Below are positions 27,316-40,675 of a DNA stretch of 64,000 bases, piece after piece; within the stretch, counting starts at the first letter, position 1, and every line of letters starts with the position of its first letter. The stretch is taken from the NCBI GenBank assembly GCA_013239625.1, contig MU053873.1, positions 1,626,524-1,690,523 of the forward strand, written 5' to 3'. Under the pieces are notes generated by a model that was given only the letters and a program-made list of their open reading frames with translations, was not told where the DNA came from and did no database searches. The stretch is from Lama guanicoe. Its lineage: Eukaryota. Made by a program: the position numbers and the translations under genes.

Positions 27316-29174
27316 GAAGTGATTTTTAATGTGTATTATTTTTATAATTAAAAACATATTTTTGAGATTATTGTGTTCAATTTTGAGCTATTATAGAATC
27401 TCAGAAATGTGAAAATATGCATACCAGAAGGACAAAAAGAAAGCCACAGAAGCATTAAAGTTGTCTGCTCAGCGGGTCTTGACATCAGTAGTATTCTACA
27501 TTAGCATTCCTGTCTGTGACCAGAGCGGGAGAGAGTGGGTCATTCCTTTACATGTATATGGAAGAAGTGGTTGGCCGAGACAGGAGTGTAGATGGGCAGG
27601 ACTGGTCTGGCAGGATAGACAGACAGGGACCCACCCCTTCCTGATGTAGCCTGGAGTGTGTCAGGACAACGAATGTTTGGGAAGCCCAAGTGAGGGTGAT
27701 TTCTACAGGTTTCTCTGATCCTCTGAGTCCACAACTTGAATGAAGGAGGTAATAAAGAAGGTAATGGGGATTCAGATGTAAAATGGTGCACAAGAGGAAG
27801 ACACATTTAAATATTCTGTGATGTGCATGGGTGAGCCAGCGTCAAGAGCCTCTAATTTCCTCAGTAAATTAAGCAGAAAGGGAAGAAAAACTGAAAATAC
27901 TAAATGGATTCATAATTTCAGTCCCATTTTGCTCTTTTCCATGTTTTTGAAATTGCCCTAACCAGAAGCCCATGTACTAATAGAAAAATGAGCAGAATAT
28001 ATGAATCACTTGTTTTGATAGCATTATGCTTAATCTAGCTAGAACACTTCACACAATCATAGAGTTTGAGTTTTCCATCCAGTGTGAATTTTTAAAATGA
28101 AGCTTTTCAGACCCAATTGCTTTGGGAAAGCAGATTTCATAATTTGCTCTCCAGCCCTCCTGGAAAATCCATCTGTCTTCTCAATTGAATTTGCAAAGTG
28201 AAATCATTTTGAAGAGCTGTTCTTTTGGCCAGCTCTTCTGCTCCTCTTCCCTTTCCCTGTTTGTTTCCAGGGCTCCCTGTTGGTCTGGGCAGACCATGCC
28301 ATGCTCTCATCCTCTCTGGGCCGATGGAATGATGCGGCCTTGGGAAATGGGCTTTGTCCTCACCGCAGATTGTACAGCTGAAATTCTGCAGCAGTTGCTG
28401 CTTCAGACTCTGAGAGGGGCAGAGTAGTCCAGGGGAGAAGCGCTAGGCTGGAAGGCGGTGGGCCTGAGCTCAGGTCCTCACTGGATAACTTAGTGACCAC
28501 ATGGCCTTTGTGAGTGTCTTCAAAAGCAGGCCCAGCCTCCCTGCCCATGTCCTGGAGTCAGATAACAGAGGCCCGAGGACTTGAAAACTAACAAGTGTCG
28601 TGAAATGTTGGATTTAATTCTGCTCAATAATTCAATGAACAGTTTTGGAAACACTGAGTTTCAGGTTTTCTGAAGTGTATCCAGTAGGCAGTTAGATTTA
28701 TGAGACTAACGTTTAGGAGAGAATGCTGAGCTGGAATTGCATACTTGGGAGTCATATAATTGGTTCTTGGTGTCGTGGTACTGAATGAGACCACAAAGGG
28801 GAATTTTGCATATTACTCTCATTATTACTGCTACTACTATTTTTATTATTTAGGGAAGGTTTCCCCTCTTCTTAATTATCGTAATGAAATTGAGAGGAAG
28901 CCCCTATCTGGTGTCTTTTAATTTATCTTCTCAATGAATTACATTTCACAGGTAAGAAATTGGTGAAGGGGATCAGTCAGCACACCAGATTTTTAAAATT
29001 AGGATTTCCAGTTTTGTAGTCTTTTGATTAAATTATTGGATACCAGCCAAAAGACTTCCTAATTAATTAGTTTCGATGATTTATTTTAACAACTTCAACT
29101 GTATGGCAGTATAGAAGTGAAGTTGTTTTTTTCAGGTTATTAATTAGTGCCAGGGTATAAAATCACCTCAGCAC

Positions 29175-29365
29175 CCATTGTTTCTCAGCATGGTCCCTTG
29201 GCATCAAGGATGCAATGGCTTTTAATTGTGCAGGACTCACTCACATGGGGCAGGCTTTCTGGTACCCTTGGTCCCATCCACAGCCTTCCAGTGTGGGCCC
29301 CCAGATATTTTGACAACCAGAATTGCCCCTTTGTATTTCCAAATGCCCTTGTGGGGCCTCTTCTC
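29175..29365. mobile_element. MER20-like DNA transposon remnant
   Basis: ttgacaaccagaattgcccc ... atttccaaatgccctt ... gggg. Confidence 0.45.
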
Positions 29366-30699
29366 CCACATGCACACACTGAGACCCTTCAGGAAATGGG
29401 CTCCATTTCTCACATCACATGCAGAGCTTGGCTATAATGTTCTGAGAGCCCTAAATTTTGCATTCACCTAAGATGAGGTGATCTGGTATCAAGTTCCCTT
29501 TGGTGTACTCACTTTGGAAATATGATGACATCTAAGACTTAAAGTGAATTACACTCTATAGTAAAATAATGTCAGAAGGAATGGCATATTTTGATTTTGT
29601 TTTTGGTAATATCAGGCACTACTGAAGCTGTTTGGAATAATATCAATACCCTAGAAAATGGAGTGTCACACCTTGGGTTTCATGATTTTATTTGATCTTC
29701 CTAACAGCTGCCTGAAATAGATGAAAACTTGAGGCCAGGAGAAGTTGTGACTGTCCTAAGAGCACGAAACAGTAAAGTGGTAGAACCAGGAATAGGGAAC
29801 TTCTAACTCTGGTCGCACTGCCTTTCCACCATAGAGTACTGCAGTATTTCCAAGTAACTGGCACTTTTGGGTTATTAAAGCTGGTAGAACAGGGCCAATG
29901 AAACAAGTTATAGCAAAGCCAAGAAGTAACAGGCTAAGGGCATCGGCCAATTACCCAGGCAAAGTCAGCTGAGCATGCAAGAGATGTAAAGGAGGTTTTT
30001 GATTGCTTGCTTGTTTTTAACTTGTTACATTCCATAAGGGATTCTACTTGCTTTATAATATTAAATGATGATCCACTAGAAATAGAAAATCAAGATCAGG
30101 GAAATACAAATAAAAGTAGGAAACCAAAATTAGGGAAAAGAGCCTAAACATGCAGCCCATAAGGTGAAACATCATTGTTAAACAGAGTTTCATATTTGGG
30201 TCAGAGCTTCCCGGTGGCCAAAACAAAAAGGGAGACACGTAATTCTCATTACCCAAAAGATAGAATTCCTTAGGGGGAGGAAAACTAAATTCTAAAAGAA
30301 ATTTCTCTGAAGAGGTTTCATACAAGGTATTTTGGTAACAAAATTTATAGTATCAATCAAATTGTAACAGCAAAGATTATAGTAGATTACAGTGTGCTTT
30401 TCCTAATACCAAACAAATCAAAAGCAAATCAACCAACCTTAGGGCATTAAGATTAAACCTCAATTCACTGAGGCCTGTTCTGTGTGGGTCTGAGGTAAGT
30501 TGGTTCAAGTTTATGGATTTTAGTGGTCTCACTTGATCCAGGGCTAGAATTGAAAACATCCAGAGGGGTAGGTGACCCCACAATCCCTCATGAAATGTCT
30601 ATTAATACATACCTCCCTTCTCACACTGAATTTTAGGACAGTTTGAAATAGTAGGTAATGACAAGGGCTTGGGGTATTGATATTGGATGGCTCATCCCT

Positions 30700-31075
30700 C
30701 AGGGTGTGCGAGGCTCTGTGCAGTAACAACAGCCCATAGATCTTAGTGGCCCAAAAGAAGAGAATATTCTGTTCATACACAGCCGACCACAGGTCTGTGC
30801 AACCCTCAGGGCGTCTCTGTAATCCCCGCCTTCCGTGGCTCTCTCTTCCTATAGCAGCTCCTCCTGGAGCATGTAGCTAGTGAGGCAAAGGAAGAGAGAG
30901 TGGAATATTGTATCCAGCTCTTCAGTTCTGTCTGGAAGTAACACATCACTTCTGTTCACATTGCATTGGGCAAAGCAAGTCACCTGGCCATGCCTAACTT
31001 CTAATGAGTAGAGAAATAGATACCTGGATATAGAAGAGAACAAGAGAATAGGGAACATTAACAAAGTCTATCACA
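30700..31075 (-). mobile_element. Old MaLR LTR (MLT1K/L-like)
   Basis: ggaagtaacacatcacttctgttcacattgcattgggcaaagcaagtcacctggccatgcctaacttc. Confidence 0.65.
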
Positions 31076-32074
31076 GAGTGGGAAGAAAGGCAGGCCAAGC
31101 CAAGTGAAGGGCTGCGTGGGATAAGAACGTCAGGCAAGGCAGGGTAGGAGTGCACGGGAGGGTGGGTGGACGGCTCCGTGGCTGGCACAGCGTGGGCGCC
31201 CAGGCAACAGCGGCTGGGCTGGACCTGCATCCGGAAAGCTCGGAAATGCCATTTTAACTGGCCTATGCTTTACACTGCTGGCCAGAGGGACCCTCAGGAG
31301 GTGCTCTGGGCAGGGGGTACTGGTCCAGTTTCTAGAGGCTCAGCTCAAGGAGGGAGCAGAAGCAGCTATCTCTGCATTTCAGTGATTCTACCCCAGGCCT
31401 TGAAACAAAAGAAACGTTTGTTTCGTATTGAAACTAACTCCCTGTAACATTCTCTGCATTGTTAACTTATGAGGGTTCCTCCCACCTCTTATTGTGATCC
31501 AGAATGAAAACCAGGCATGCTTTGCCTTTTCCATACAGTGACTAATGGCCAGGCTTGGCCAGGCAGGCTCAGCCTATTTTTCACTCTGCTCTGGGCTCCC
31601 CACCAAGTTCTCTCACAGTGGCCGGGCGGCCGTTAGGGATGCCTGTGCCTAGCACTTCCTACCTCATCATCCATCTCCAGAGCGCCCCTCTGCAGCCACC
31701 TCCTTTTTAATAGGTTTAATTATTACTTCCCTTACTTCATGGCACAATTAATCTTCCCCATGGCCTCAGGATTTACAGCCGAACAGGCCCAGGGAATTTC
31801 TGAGCTGTTCACCTGCAGTCTCAGTTTTTAAGTATCCGAAGGAAGTAGAAGTGGGGCCAGGTACGAAGCAATGAAATATTTGTGAGCTCCAGTGGGCTCT
31901 GGCTGGCTTCTTGTCACCGTCATGAAGCCCAGGCCTTTGGGACAGTTGGCACAGAGGCAGGAGGGGCTGCAGAGGAACTACCTCTGTCTCTGTTCAGCCT
32001 AAGGGAAGCCTTGAGGGCCAGGGATTGAGAAATTAGGGCCTCTCTGCTTCTCTTTTGGCTGCATTTTATCTCCT

Positions 32075-32326
32075 CCAAGTTTAGTTATAAGAAGAGTCAG
32101 TTCTGGGGATCTAATGCACAGCCTGGTGACTATAGCTAATAATACTGATTTGTACACCTGCTAAAAGAGTACATCTTAGGCATTCTCACCACATAAAGGT
32201 GATGGGTGTGTTAATTAACTTGATTGTGATAATCATTTCACAATGCATATGTATATCCAGTCATAACATTGTACACTTTAAATATATGTAATTTTATTTG
32301 TCAGTTAAACCTCAGTAAAGCTGGGG
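32075..32326 (+). mobile_element. L1 3' UTR fragment (L1MA/MB-like)
   Basis: ttctggggatctaatgcacagcctggtgactatagctaataatactg ... aatcatttcacaatg ... cctcagtaaagctgggg. Confidence 0.8.
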
Positions 32327-32914
32327 GATGGTGTGTAAGACAGACAGTTTCGAGCGAAGTGTATTTGTGGGAGGGAGAGGTAGCATATGCGAGGATTTCC
32401 TGGGCTTTATTACAGCAGGCTCCTCAGAACTGAAACAGAGGGGAAGAGCCACTGGGATCTGGAACGGAAGTGCCACTGTACTCTCAATGTCACTGAAGAC
32501 ATCCTAAATTGCTGTTGAAGCAAAAGAAGATAACAGGCTCTTAACTTCACTTATCCTTTGGAGGAATAGGAAGAGTTTGGTGGGCTTGGTAGAAAAAGCA
32601 GACAGATGTAATTAAGATAAATGATGGCAGAAGAGACACGTGATGGCCTAAGAGCTCTTCAGGGGTGATGCCCACCCAGATGATCGCATCTGCCGCCGCC
32701 TCCTACATTCCCGAGTCTCCTAGGATTTTCGCGTCTCTAATGTCTACTTCTCTGCTCTAGAAACAAATTTAGCCCGACTACCAGTCCGTTTTTACACTGC
32801 TGCCACAAGGTTGGTTTGCCACAACAGTATACTAACGTTAAAAAAGAAGATATAGGTACAAAATCATGACCACCTTTCACTAGAAGTCATTCCAGATTCA
32901 TTCCAGAAGGGGAG

Positions 32915-33110
32915 CAGGTGAATAGCATGGACTCCCGAGTCAGAAGAGCTTGGATTCCGATGTCAGCCCTGCCGCTTAGAGCTGTCTGGGCCTGAGTGAG
33001 TTCTTGAGCTTTCTGGGTCTCTGAGACCACAGTAATGACCTTGCAGGATTGTTTTGGGGTGTGAATGAGATCGTCAGGTGGAGAGCCAGGCACAGGTTCT
33101 CAGGAAAAGC
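32915..33110 (+). mobile_element. MIR SINE
   Basis: gagtcagaagagcttggattc ... gccctgccgctta ... caggattgttttgggg. Confidence 0.6.
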
Positions 33111-35695
33111 TGACCTACCAGGAAAATGCTTGTAGCTGAAATTGTATGATGAGTAATTTTGGAATGCTCTGCCATTTAAAAATATCCATACCTTTGCTGT
33201 CTTCCACCAGCAGAAATAATGGATTTGTCTCTGGGGACAAAACTAGTCACCTGAAAATGAGTTATGACATCTAGTTGGTTGCATGGATAACACAGAGCAC
33301 TGTGATTTCTTGCCTTTGATCACAGCCATTTGTTTCCTAACCAGGTCTGACACTTCTTCCCCACCCAACGCTTTGAGATATTTTGAGTACGATGTAGAGA
33401 ACTCTACATGGAAACTTGAAATGGAGAGGATCCAGGGAACCTGGAGATGTGAAGTGCTGGAATAATGGGCCCCCTGGAGAAGCTGGGGTGACTCCTCCTG
33501 GGAAGGAGGAGGCCTGGGAGAGCAGCTGAGAGGATGCGGTGCTGTGGGGTACTCTGTGCAGCAGGTTTTCTCAGCTGCTTTTCCCACCCTCCCCCACTCT
33601 GCCTCTTTAATATAGACAAAGTCTCACCCTATCCTGTAAGATCATTTGAAATTAAAGACAAAACTGAGTATCACGTGGCTAAACAAATCAGGGCTATGGG
33701 ACAAAGCACTGTGTTGTTCCGTCTACACGTATTTTCCTCCTGGCCTGGAAGACATGAAAGGAGGCTGGTGTGGCTGTAGAGGCAGGTGACCAGTTGATTT
33801 CTTTTTCTACTGAGGTCATAAGGACAAAAATGAACTTACGCATCAACATCAGGACTTAGCCATGAGGAAGTTTCCTGATTCAGTAGGAGCTACAGACCTT
33901 TCTGCATGTCTTGATTATTTGATTTAACTTTATATCATGGAAATACTCAAACACCCACATTCACAGAGAATAGTATAATGACCCCCCACACACTCAAACC
34001 CAGTTATCAACATTTTGCTAGTATTATTCCATCTGTTTTTTTAAACACACACATATACTTATGTTTCCTCTCTCATTGAGTATTTTTAAAGCAAATAGTG
34101 GATACCATGTTGCTTCATCTCTAAGTAATTCCATATGTATTTCTAACAATGAGAAGTTTTTAATGTACAGCTGCTGTCCCATGTCACACCTAGTGAGACT
34201 AAACATAGTTCCTGTATGTGTCCTGCTTGTCCTGAAAGCAGATGGGCTGGAACAGGTGACAGTGTGTGGGTTAAGAGTCCCCTCCTCAGCTCTGTTGTCA
34301 GCTCACTTTCTCTCACTGGACCTGGGTCACGTCACTGGGCCTGGGTCACATCATTTATAAGGTGAGTCTGTGGAGAGGAGAGGGCTCTTCCAGTTCCCAA
34401 TACTTGATATTTCCTCTGGGAATCGCTGGTGATCTGGTGAGGATGTAGCAGAATTCAACCTGTTTGAATGCTGCGGGAAAGAATGGATGAGCTCTTAAAG
34501 CCCCACTTGGATCGTGCACTGTTAACAATCAGAACAGTAGTATTCTCAGTAAACGAGAGGAGCGCATGTTGTTTGTGGAAGTACACTAAGACCCTGTTTT
34601 CAGAGAATTCACAAGAGAAAAGGCTGCCAAAATTCACTGCTGAAATGCTACTGTTCTAATTTCAGCAGAATTTTTCTGCTAGGCTTGTCTTGTTCACACC
34701 TCCCTTGGTCTTTGCTGGAAGTGGTGAGTAATAGAGCCAGCCTGTAGGGAGCACCTGCTGTGGCCCAGGCACTTGTGCTGGCTTCTCTGAATAAGCGTGA
34801 CTCCGTGGGTATTACTGTTCCCGGGGCCGCAACCGTCCCTCAAGCTTAGGTGAAGGCTTACTGCAGGGATGTACAGATCCATACCCACGAGTCCTTTGTC
34901 CACACACCCTGTGAGAAGTAGGTTTTGTGAGGCTCTTCTGCCCCACTAATCTTCATTTAATTCCCCTCCCTGCAGCGCGTTGTCACCCAGCGCGCCCCTG
35001 CTGACAAGCCCTCTGTAAGTCTTCATCTGAGTGACGGCCCTGGAAAATCAAGCTGTGGCCTCGAAAGGGAAGGAGGATCTGCAGATTATCTCCTCAGCAT
35101 GTGCAGTCACTCTGCTGGCAGCTCTCAGGGCCGCTTTTATGTTCCCTCAACAAAGAAGGGCTGCCAAGAGAGTGCAGTGTTTGGTTCAGAGTTCTCCAGG
35201 CTGGCGGCGGCTGGGGCAGTGGAGGCGCAGGCAGAAGGAGAAATCCCCATCTCAGCCGGCCCCTCTCCTCATACCCCTGTCTGTGCCCAGAAGTCCTTGT
35301 TTGAGAATCTTCCTATGATTCTTTATAGATCCTTGGAAGTGTCCGCCAAGGAGGAAGGGGGGCGGGAGTGCGCAGGCAAGCTGGCTGGAGGTCAGATCAT
35401 TTTGCCATAAGCAGCAGGCAGTTTCTTTCACAAATCATTGAACCCTGGGAGCCATTATCATCCCAACTGCTCCCTATTAACTAGCGAGACTCTTAAGGCC
35501 ATGAGAGTAAGAGAAATAGAATTTCTTTTCCTTTGAACTCTCACTCTGAATACTGCTCGTACCATGTTTAGATAGCATGTATAGTTAACAAAGCATATTG
35601 ATACACGCTATTGTTTCTCATACCATTCCTTTGAGATGATTATAAGCTGACATTATTAATAAGAAAGCAAAAAACACCAAAAAGCTTTCAATTAA

Positions 35696-35719
35696 AAAAC
35701 AAACAAACAAACAAACAAA
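35696..35719. repeat. (AAAC)n microsatellite
   Basis: Direct reading. Confidence 0.85.
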
Positions 35720-36929
35720 GACTCTGAGACAGAAAGAGACTATCTCAGAGATAACTCAGCTGAATGAGGTGGGAGCCAGGCTTGTAAAACAGGGCTTAAA
35801 GTTCTATGCCTTTTCCACCATAGTGTGCCTTCCAGATACTCAGCCAGCTCCTCATAGGATGGGGTGCTAGCCAGGAGACCTGTGTGGTAGGTGGCATACA
35901 GAAAACCCAAGCTTCCTCAGTTGCCTTCTCTGAAGGTCCCACACCGCTTGCTTCCTCTTAACATCATCTTAGCAACCAATTAGTGATCATATTGGCTTAA
36001 AAATCATTGCCGTGAAATCCAAAAGCTGTGGAAAAAAATCAGTGCAAAGGCATCACTGCGGGAGAAAGTGCTCGGAGAGCTATGTAGGTACTACTGTCCC
36101 TCCCCAGTTCTGGCTCTGTGCACTTATGGCTGGGCAGATATTTTGACCCTTATTTTAGAAGTGCAGAAGCTGAGACAAGAGGGAATAAATGATTCATTTC
36201 TCTAAGGGTACCTGGAAATTTGAAACCTACAAGTTTTCTCTTTAGATAAAGCAGTTTAGGGAAACAAGCCACATTCAGATCTTTAGAACTGAAATGTTTC
36301 TGTCACTAATAATTTTCACTGAAAGGGTTCCGGGTGATGCTAAGGTAGCGCCTTTTGGGCAGCTTAGAGTTTCCAACCTTGAGACAAGTTCTGAAAAACT
36401 GATCCTGCTAGGTGCTGATGATATCTCCAGCCCAGGAGAATGACCAGATCCAATCTTTGGGAATATTTCTCTTATTGGATCAGAGTTTCAAAAGTACTTT
36501 GAGTAGTTTTTAAAGCAAGGGTTATGCATTCATCATGGAAAAACCATTTAAAATACAGATAAGCAAAATTTCACCACCCAAAGATTACTGCTGTTAACAT
36601 TAAAAAAAAAATACATCTGCTATATGTATAACTGTAAACATATGTGCACATACATACATCCTATTAATGCCTTTATTAAATGTACTGTTTTGTGAGTGTG
36701 CCCTATAGCCCCTTAATACGTTGTAATTTTCCCCGTGTCAATAAATACCCTTACCATTTTTAGTGGTACCATGTTATTCTGTCATACATATTAGCATGAT
36801 TTACTTAGTCATTTTAAATTATGAAGTATTTTACTCATACAAGAAAATCAACAGAAGAATTACCATAGTTTATTTAATCTCTGCCACCTTGAGATGGCAG
36901 AGATCCTTCCAGGAAGCATATAATAATTT

Positions 36930-37155
36930 CAGTAACTAATATCTGAATTTCACTTTACAGTATACAATACACTTGCACACACATTATTTCATTTGCTCTT
37001 CACTACTATCCTCTAAGGTTGGGATCAAGATGATTATTTTCCTCATTTTATAGATGAATTTTAAAAAGCTCAGAGAGGATAAGTGGTTTATTCAGTACCC
37101 TAAATCCAGCAATGTCATAGAGATGGCTGGACCCAGAGGTAGGCACGACTCCTAT
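36930..37155 (-). mobile_element. MIR SINE
   Basis: attatttcatttgctcttcac ... cctcattttatagatga ... gctcagagagg. Confidence 0.7.
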
Positions 37156-37849
37156 GGCAGGACAGACCTGTGGAGGCGGGGGAGTCAGAACCAGGAGAGT
37201 GGCCCTGGCATCCCCCTCTGTCCCCCACTCATTCAGCTTTTGTTATGTGTACTGGCATTATTTGTTTGATGTTTTTGTGTGTGCTTTCTGACCCCGTGTG
37301 CTTTCTGAGAGCAGATGCATGTCTTCACTTCTCTCTGTACCACTGCTGCCCACCGCAAGGCTTAGTACACAATAAATACTTGGTTAGTAGTTGGTTCAGT
37401 GTGTAAGTGAATGAATGAAAGAGAGCTGTCATAGAGATAAGCAATGGTAGAGGCTGGATTTTGACAGCTTTCTTTCTTAATGCCTCTATTTTTAGTTCAG
37501 GCATTTTAGTGAGAACTCATCTTAGTGTTTTTGAGTTTTGTACTTCTGCAGGTTTTGGTCACCAGTGCAAAGTCCAACAATGATGTATGGAAAAGCGTGT
37601 TCAAAACCAGGGGCAAAGAGAAACCTGTTTACATACCAGATCCCTCTGCCTTTTCTGTGCCTCCTACCCTAGCCCCAACTGGGATGAACCAGGCTCTCCT
37701 TAAAGATGCCTCCCAAGTTACTTTTATGACTGCCCTCATTTGGAACTACTTGATATTTATGATGTTTATGATATAGCTCATTTTGAACTGCTTGTAAAAA
37801 CAACAGCTTAGTTTAGCAGCTCTAGCATCATTTATAAGGGTTGTTTGAA

Positions 37850-38735
37850 GTGAAGTTATTGTTGACTGTAAAAGCTGTAGAGCAGAATTACAAGAATTTT
37901 GGAATAGAAATCATTCAAATTCCATCACCTGTAACAAGACAACTGTTTTTATTTTTGTGTAGCCCCTCAAGGTCTTGTCCATGTGCACACATTCATTTTC
38001 CTATCATTGTTACAGGGAGCATGCAGCCTTGTTTTCTGCTTTTTCCAGTTAACATTATTGCAGGAATCCTGTTCCCCGTTTTTTCTGCATAAACTTCATA
38101 ATTATCTTTTTAATGACTGCATATTCCCCTGTTGAGCTGGTATACCAAAATGTGCTTATATAATCCCCCAGTGTTTGCCATTGAAGGTGTTTCTGATTTT
38201 CCACTGATCTATGGTGCTGCAGTGAAGATTGTTATGCATGTAGCTTTTGCATTTGTCAAATGATTCCCTTAGAAGATATTCCCCTGAGCAGGACTGCAGG
38301 GTCTGAGCAGCGCATGTGTGCAGCTCTTGGTGTTTATGTCCAGCAGGTGATGTGTTTACAGCTTCAGGGCAACCTCCTCAGTAAAGGGCCTTGTTTAAAT
38401 TTTTGGTTTGCTAATTTAGTAGAAGTAAAATGGTACTTCAGGGTTGCTTTATTTTGCATTTCTTTGATTATTTAAAGAAATGAACATTTTTCCCCTGTGG
38501 TTATTTTTGTATTTCCTTGGATGTGAGTTGTCTGCTCATACTTATTGTTCCTTGTCTGGTTTAGTAAATTAGGCTCTTGATTTTTTTTTTTAAATCAAAC
38601 TGAGTCAAATCTTTACACACAATAGCTACTAAAGTTTTTCATATATGTTTCATGTATTTTCCAGTATTGTATTTGCCTTTTAATTTTAAATATTTATTTG
38701 TAGTGCAAGACTTCTTATTTTTGTAACCAAATCTG

Positions 38736-38775
<40 letters not shown>

Positions 38776-38990
38776 GTTTTTTTAATTTTTTCTCTTTTNN
38801 NNNNNNNNNNNNNNNNNNNNNNNNNNNNNNNNNNNNNNNNNNNNNNNNNNNNNNNNNNNNNNNNNCTCTGGAGAGCTGATAAATATTTAATTCTACCTTC
38901 TGTTATTTTAAATTCTTTAATTCATCTGGACTGTATTTGAGTAAAAATTGAGTTGCAAATTAAATTTTTTCCCCAAATTGCTAATCAGTC
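37850..38990 (-). mobile_element. Highly decayed L1ME-like fragments
   Basis: aaaatggtacttcagggttgctttattttgcatttctttgatta ... tgagttgtctgctcata resemble the antisense L1 ORF2 3' end. Confidence 0.55.
38799..38865. other. Assembly gap (67 N), preceded by a 34-nt poly-T run at 38741-38774
   Basis: Direct reading. Confidence 0.99.
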
Positions 38991-39028
38991 ATTCCAACCT
39001 TTTTCTGTTCTTTCATTCTCTTTCTTAG

Positions 39029-40370
39029 GAATCATACACCAGATGAAAGGTGATTATGATACTGCACTGAAACTCCACAAGACCCACTTGTGCATCGCAC
39101 AGGAGCTGAGTGATTATGCTGCCCAGGGCCGTGCCTATGGGAACATGGGCAATGCTTACAATGCTCTGGGCATGTATGACCAGGCAGTCAAGTACCACCG
39201 GCAGGAGCTGCAGATCTCCATGGAAGTGAATGACCGTGCCTCGCAGGCATCCACACACGGGAACCTTGCCGTGGCCTACCAGGCCCTAGGTGCCCATGAC
39301 CGGGCACTGCAGCACTATCAGAACCACCTGAATATCGCCCGGGAGCTGCGTGACATCCAGAGTGAGGCCCGGGCCCTCAGCAACCTGGGTAATTTCCACT
39401 GCTCTCGAGGGGAGTATGTCCAGGCCGCCCCCTATTATGAACAGTACCTTCGGCTTGCTCCTGACCTGCAAGACATGGAGGGAGAAGGGAAGGTCTGCCA
39501 CAATCTCGGCTATGCCCATTACTGCCTTGGAAATTACCAGGAGGCCGTGAAGTACTATGAGCAGGATCTGGCACTGGCCAAAGACCTGCATGACAAACTG
39601 AGCCAAGCAAAAGCTTACTGCAACTTGGGCTTAGCATTCAAGGCTCTGCTGAATTTCAGCAAAGCTGAAGAGTGTCAGAAGTACCTACTATCCCTAGCCC
39701 AGTCCCTGAATAATTCCCAGGCTAAATTTCGAGCCCTAGGGAACCTGGGCGATATATTCATCTGTAAAAAAGATATAAATGGTGCAATAAAGTTCTATGA
39801 GCAGCAGCTGGGCTTAGCTCACCACGTAAAGGACAGGAGACTGGAGGCCAGTGCATATGCAGCCCTGGGCACTGCATACCGAATGATCCAGAAATATGAC
39901 AAGGCCTTGGGGTATCATACGCAGGAACTGGAGGTGTATCAGGAGCTGAGCGACCTGTCAGGAGAGTGCAGAGCTCATGGGCACCTGGCGGCTGTCTACA
40001 TGGCCCTTGGGAAATACACAATGGCATTCAAGTGTTATGAAGAGCAGCTGGATCTAGGGCAGAAGCTGAAGGATCCAAGCCTAGAAGCCCAGGTCTATGG
40101 CAACATGGGCATCACGAAGATGAACATGAATGTGATGGAAGAAGCCATCGGCTACTTTGAGCAGCAGTTGGCCATGCTGCAGCAGCTGAGTGGAAACGAG
40201 TCTGTGCTGGACCGGGGCCGGGCCTATGGCAACCTGGGGGATTGCTACGAGGCCCTGGGTGACTATGAGGAAGCTATCAAGTATTATGAACAGTATTTAT
40301 CTGTGGCCCAGAGTCTGAATCGCATGCAAGACCAAGCCAAGGCTTACCGGGGCCTAGGAAGTGGACACAG
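39029..40370 (+). CDS. TTC28: TTC28 coding exon, 1342 nt (probably exon 7); about 11 TPR repeats
   Basis: Polypyrimidine tract plus AG at 39027-39028; donor AG|GTAAAA at 40370/40371. Open frame within ORF 38953..40374 with repeated (R/K)AYxNLG motifs every 40 aa. Phase 1 in, phase 2 out. Confidence 0.96.
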
Positions 40371-40424
40371 GTAAAAATGACAGAGGAGAGAAGTGTCTGA
40401 TAAACCTGCACAAAGAGCAGTTGT

Positions 40425-40675
40425 GATGGTAACAGTCACTTAACATCTGCCTGGCAGTTTGTTAACTACAAAGCACTTTCATACCACCTCATTTGGTTCC
40501 TCCAAGGATCCTGTGAATTTAGCAGGGGCTTTTATTACCCTTATGTTATGGAGGAAGAAACTAAGGTCCAGAGACTATGCCCAAGATTACACAGGCTAAA
40601 AGGGAGTTAAACCAAGGGCTTGAGAGTTAAACCAAGGGCTCTCTGACTCCAGATGTAATGCCTTTTCCACTCCAT
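40425..40675 (-). mobile_element. MIR SINE
   Basis: ttattaccc ... gaggaagaaactaaggtccagag ... cccaagattacacag ... tctgactccaga. Confidence 0.7.

Noticed and set aside
38953..39028. N-terminal MQIKFFPQ...SFL extension of the 473-aa ORF
   Set aside because: It starts at TTG and is the intronic polypyrimidine tract upstream of the AG acceptor. The extensions of ORFs 41564, 45725, 47621, 49871 and 52045 are likewise intronic.
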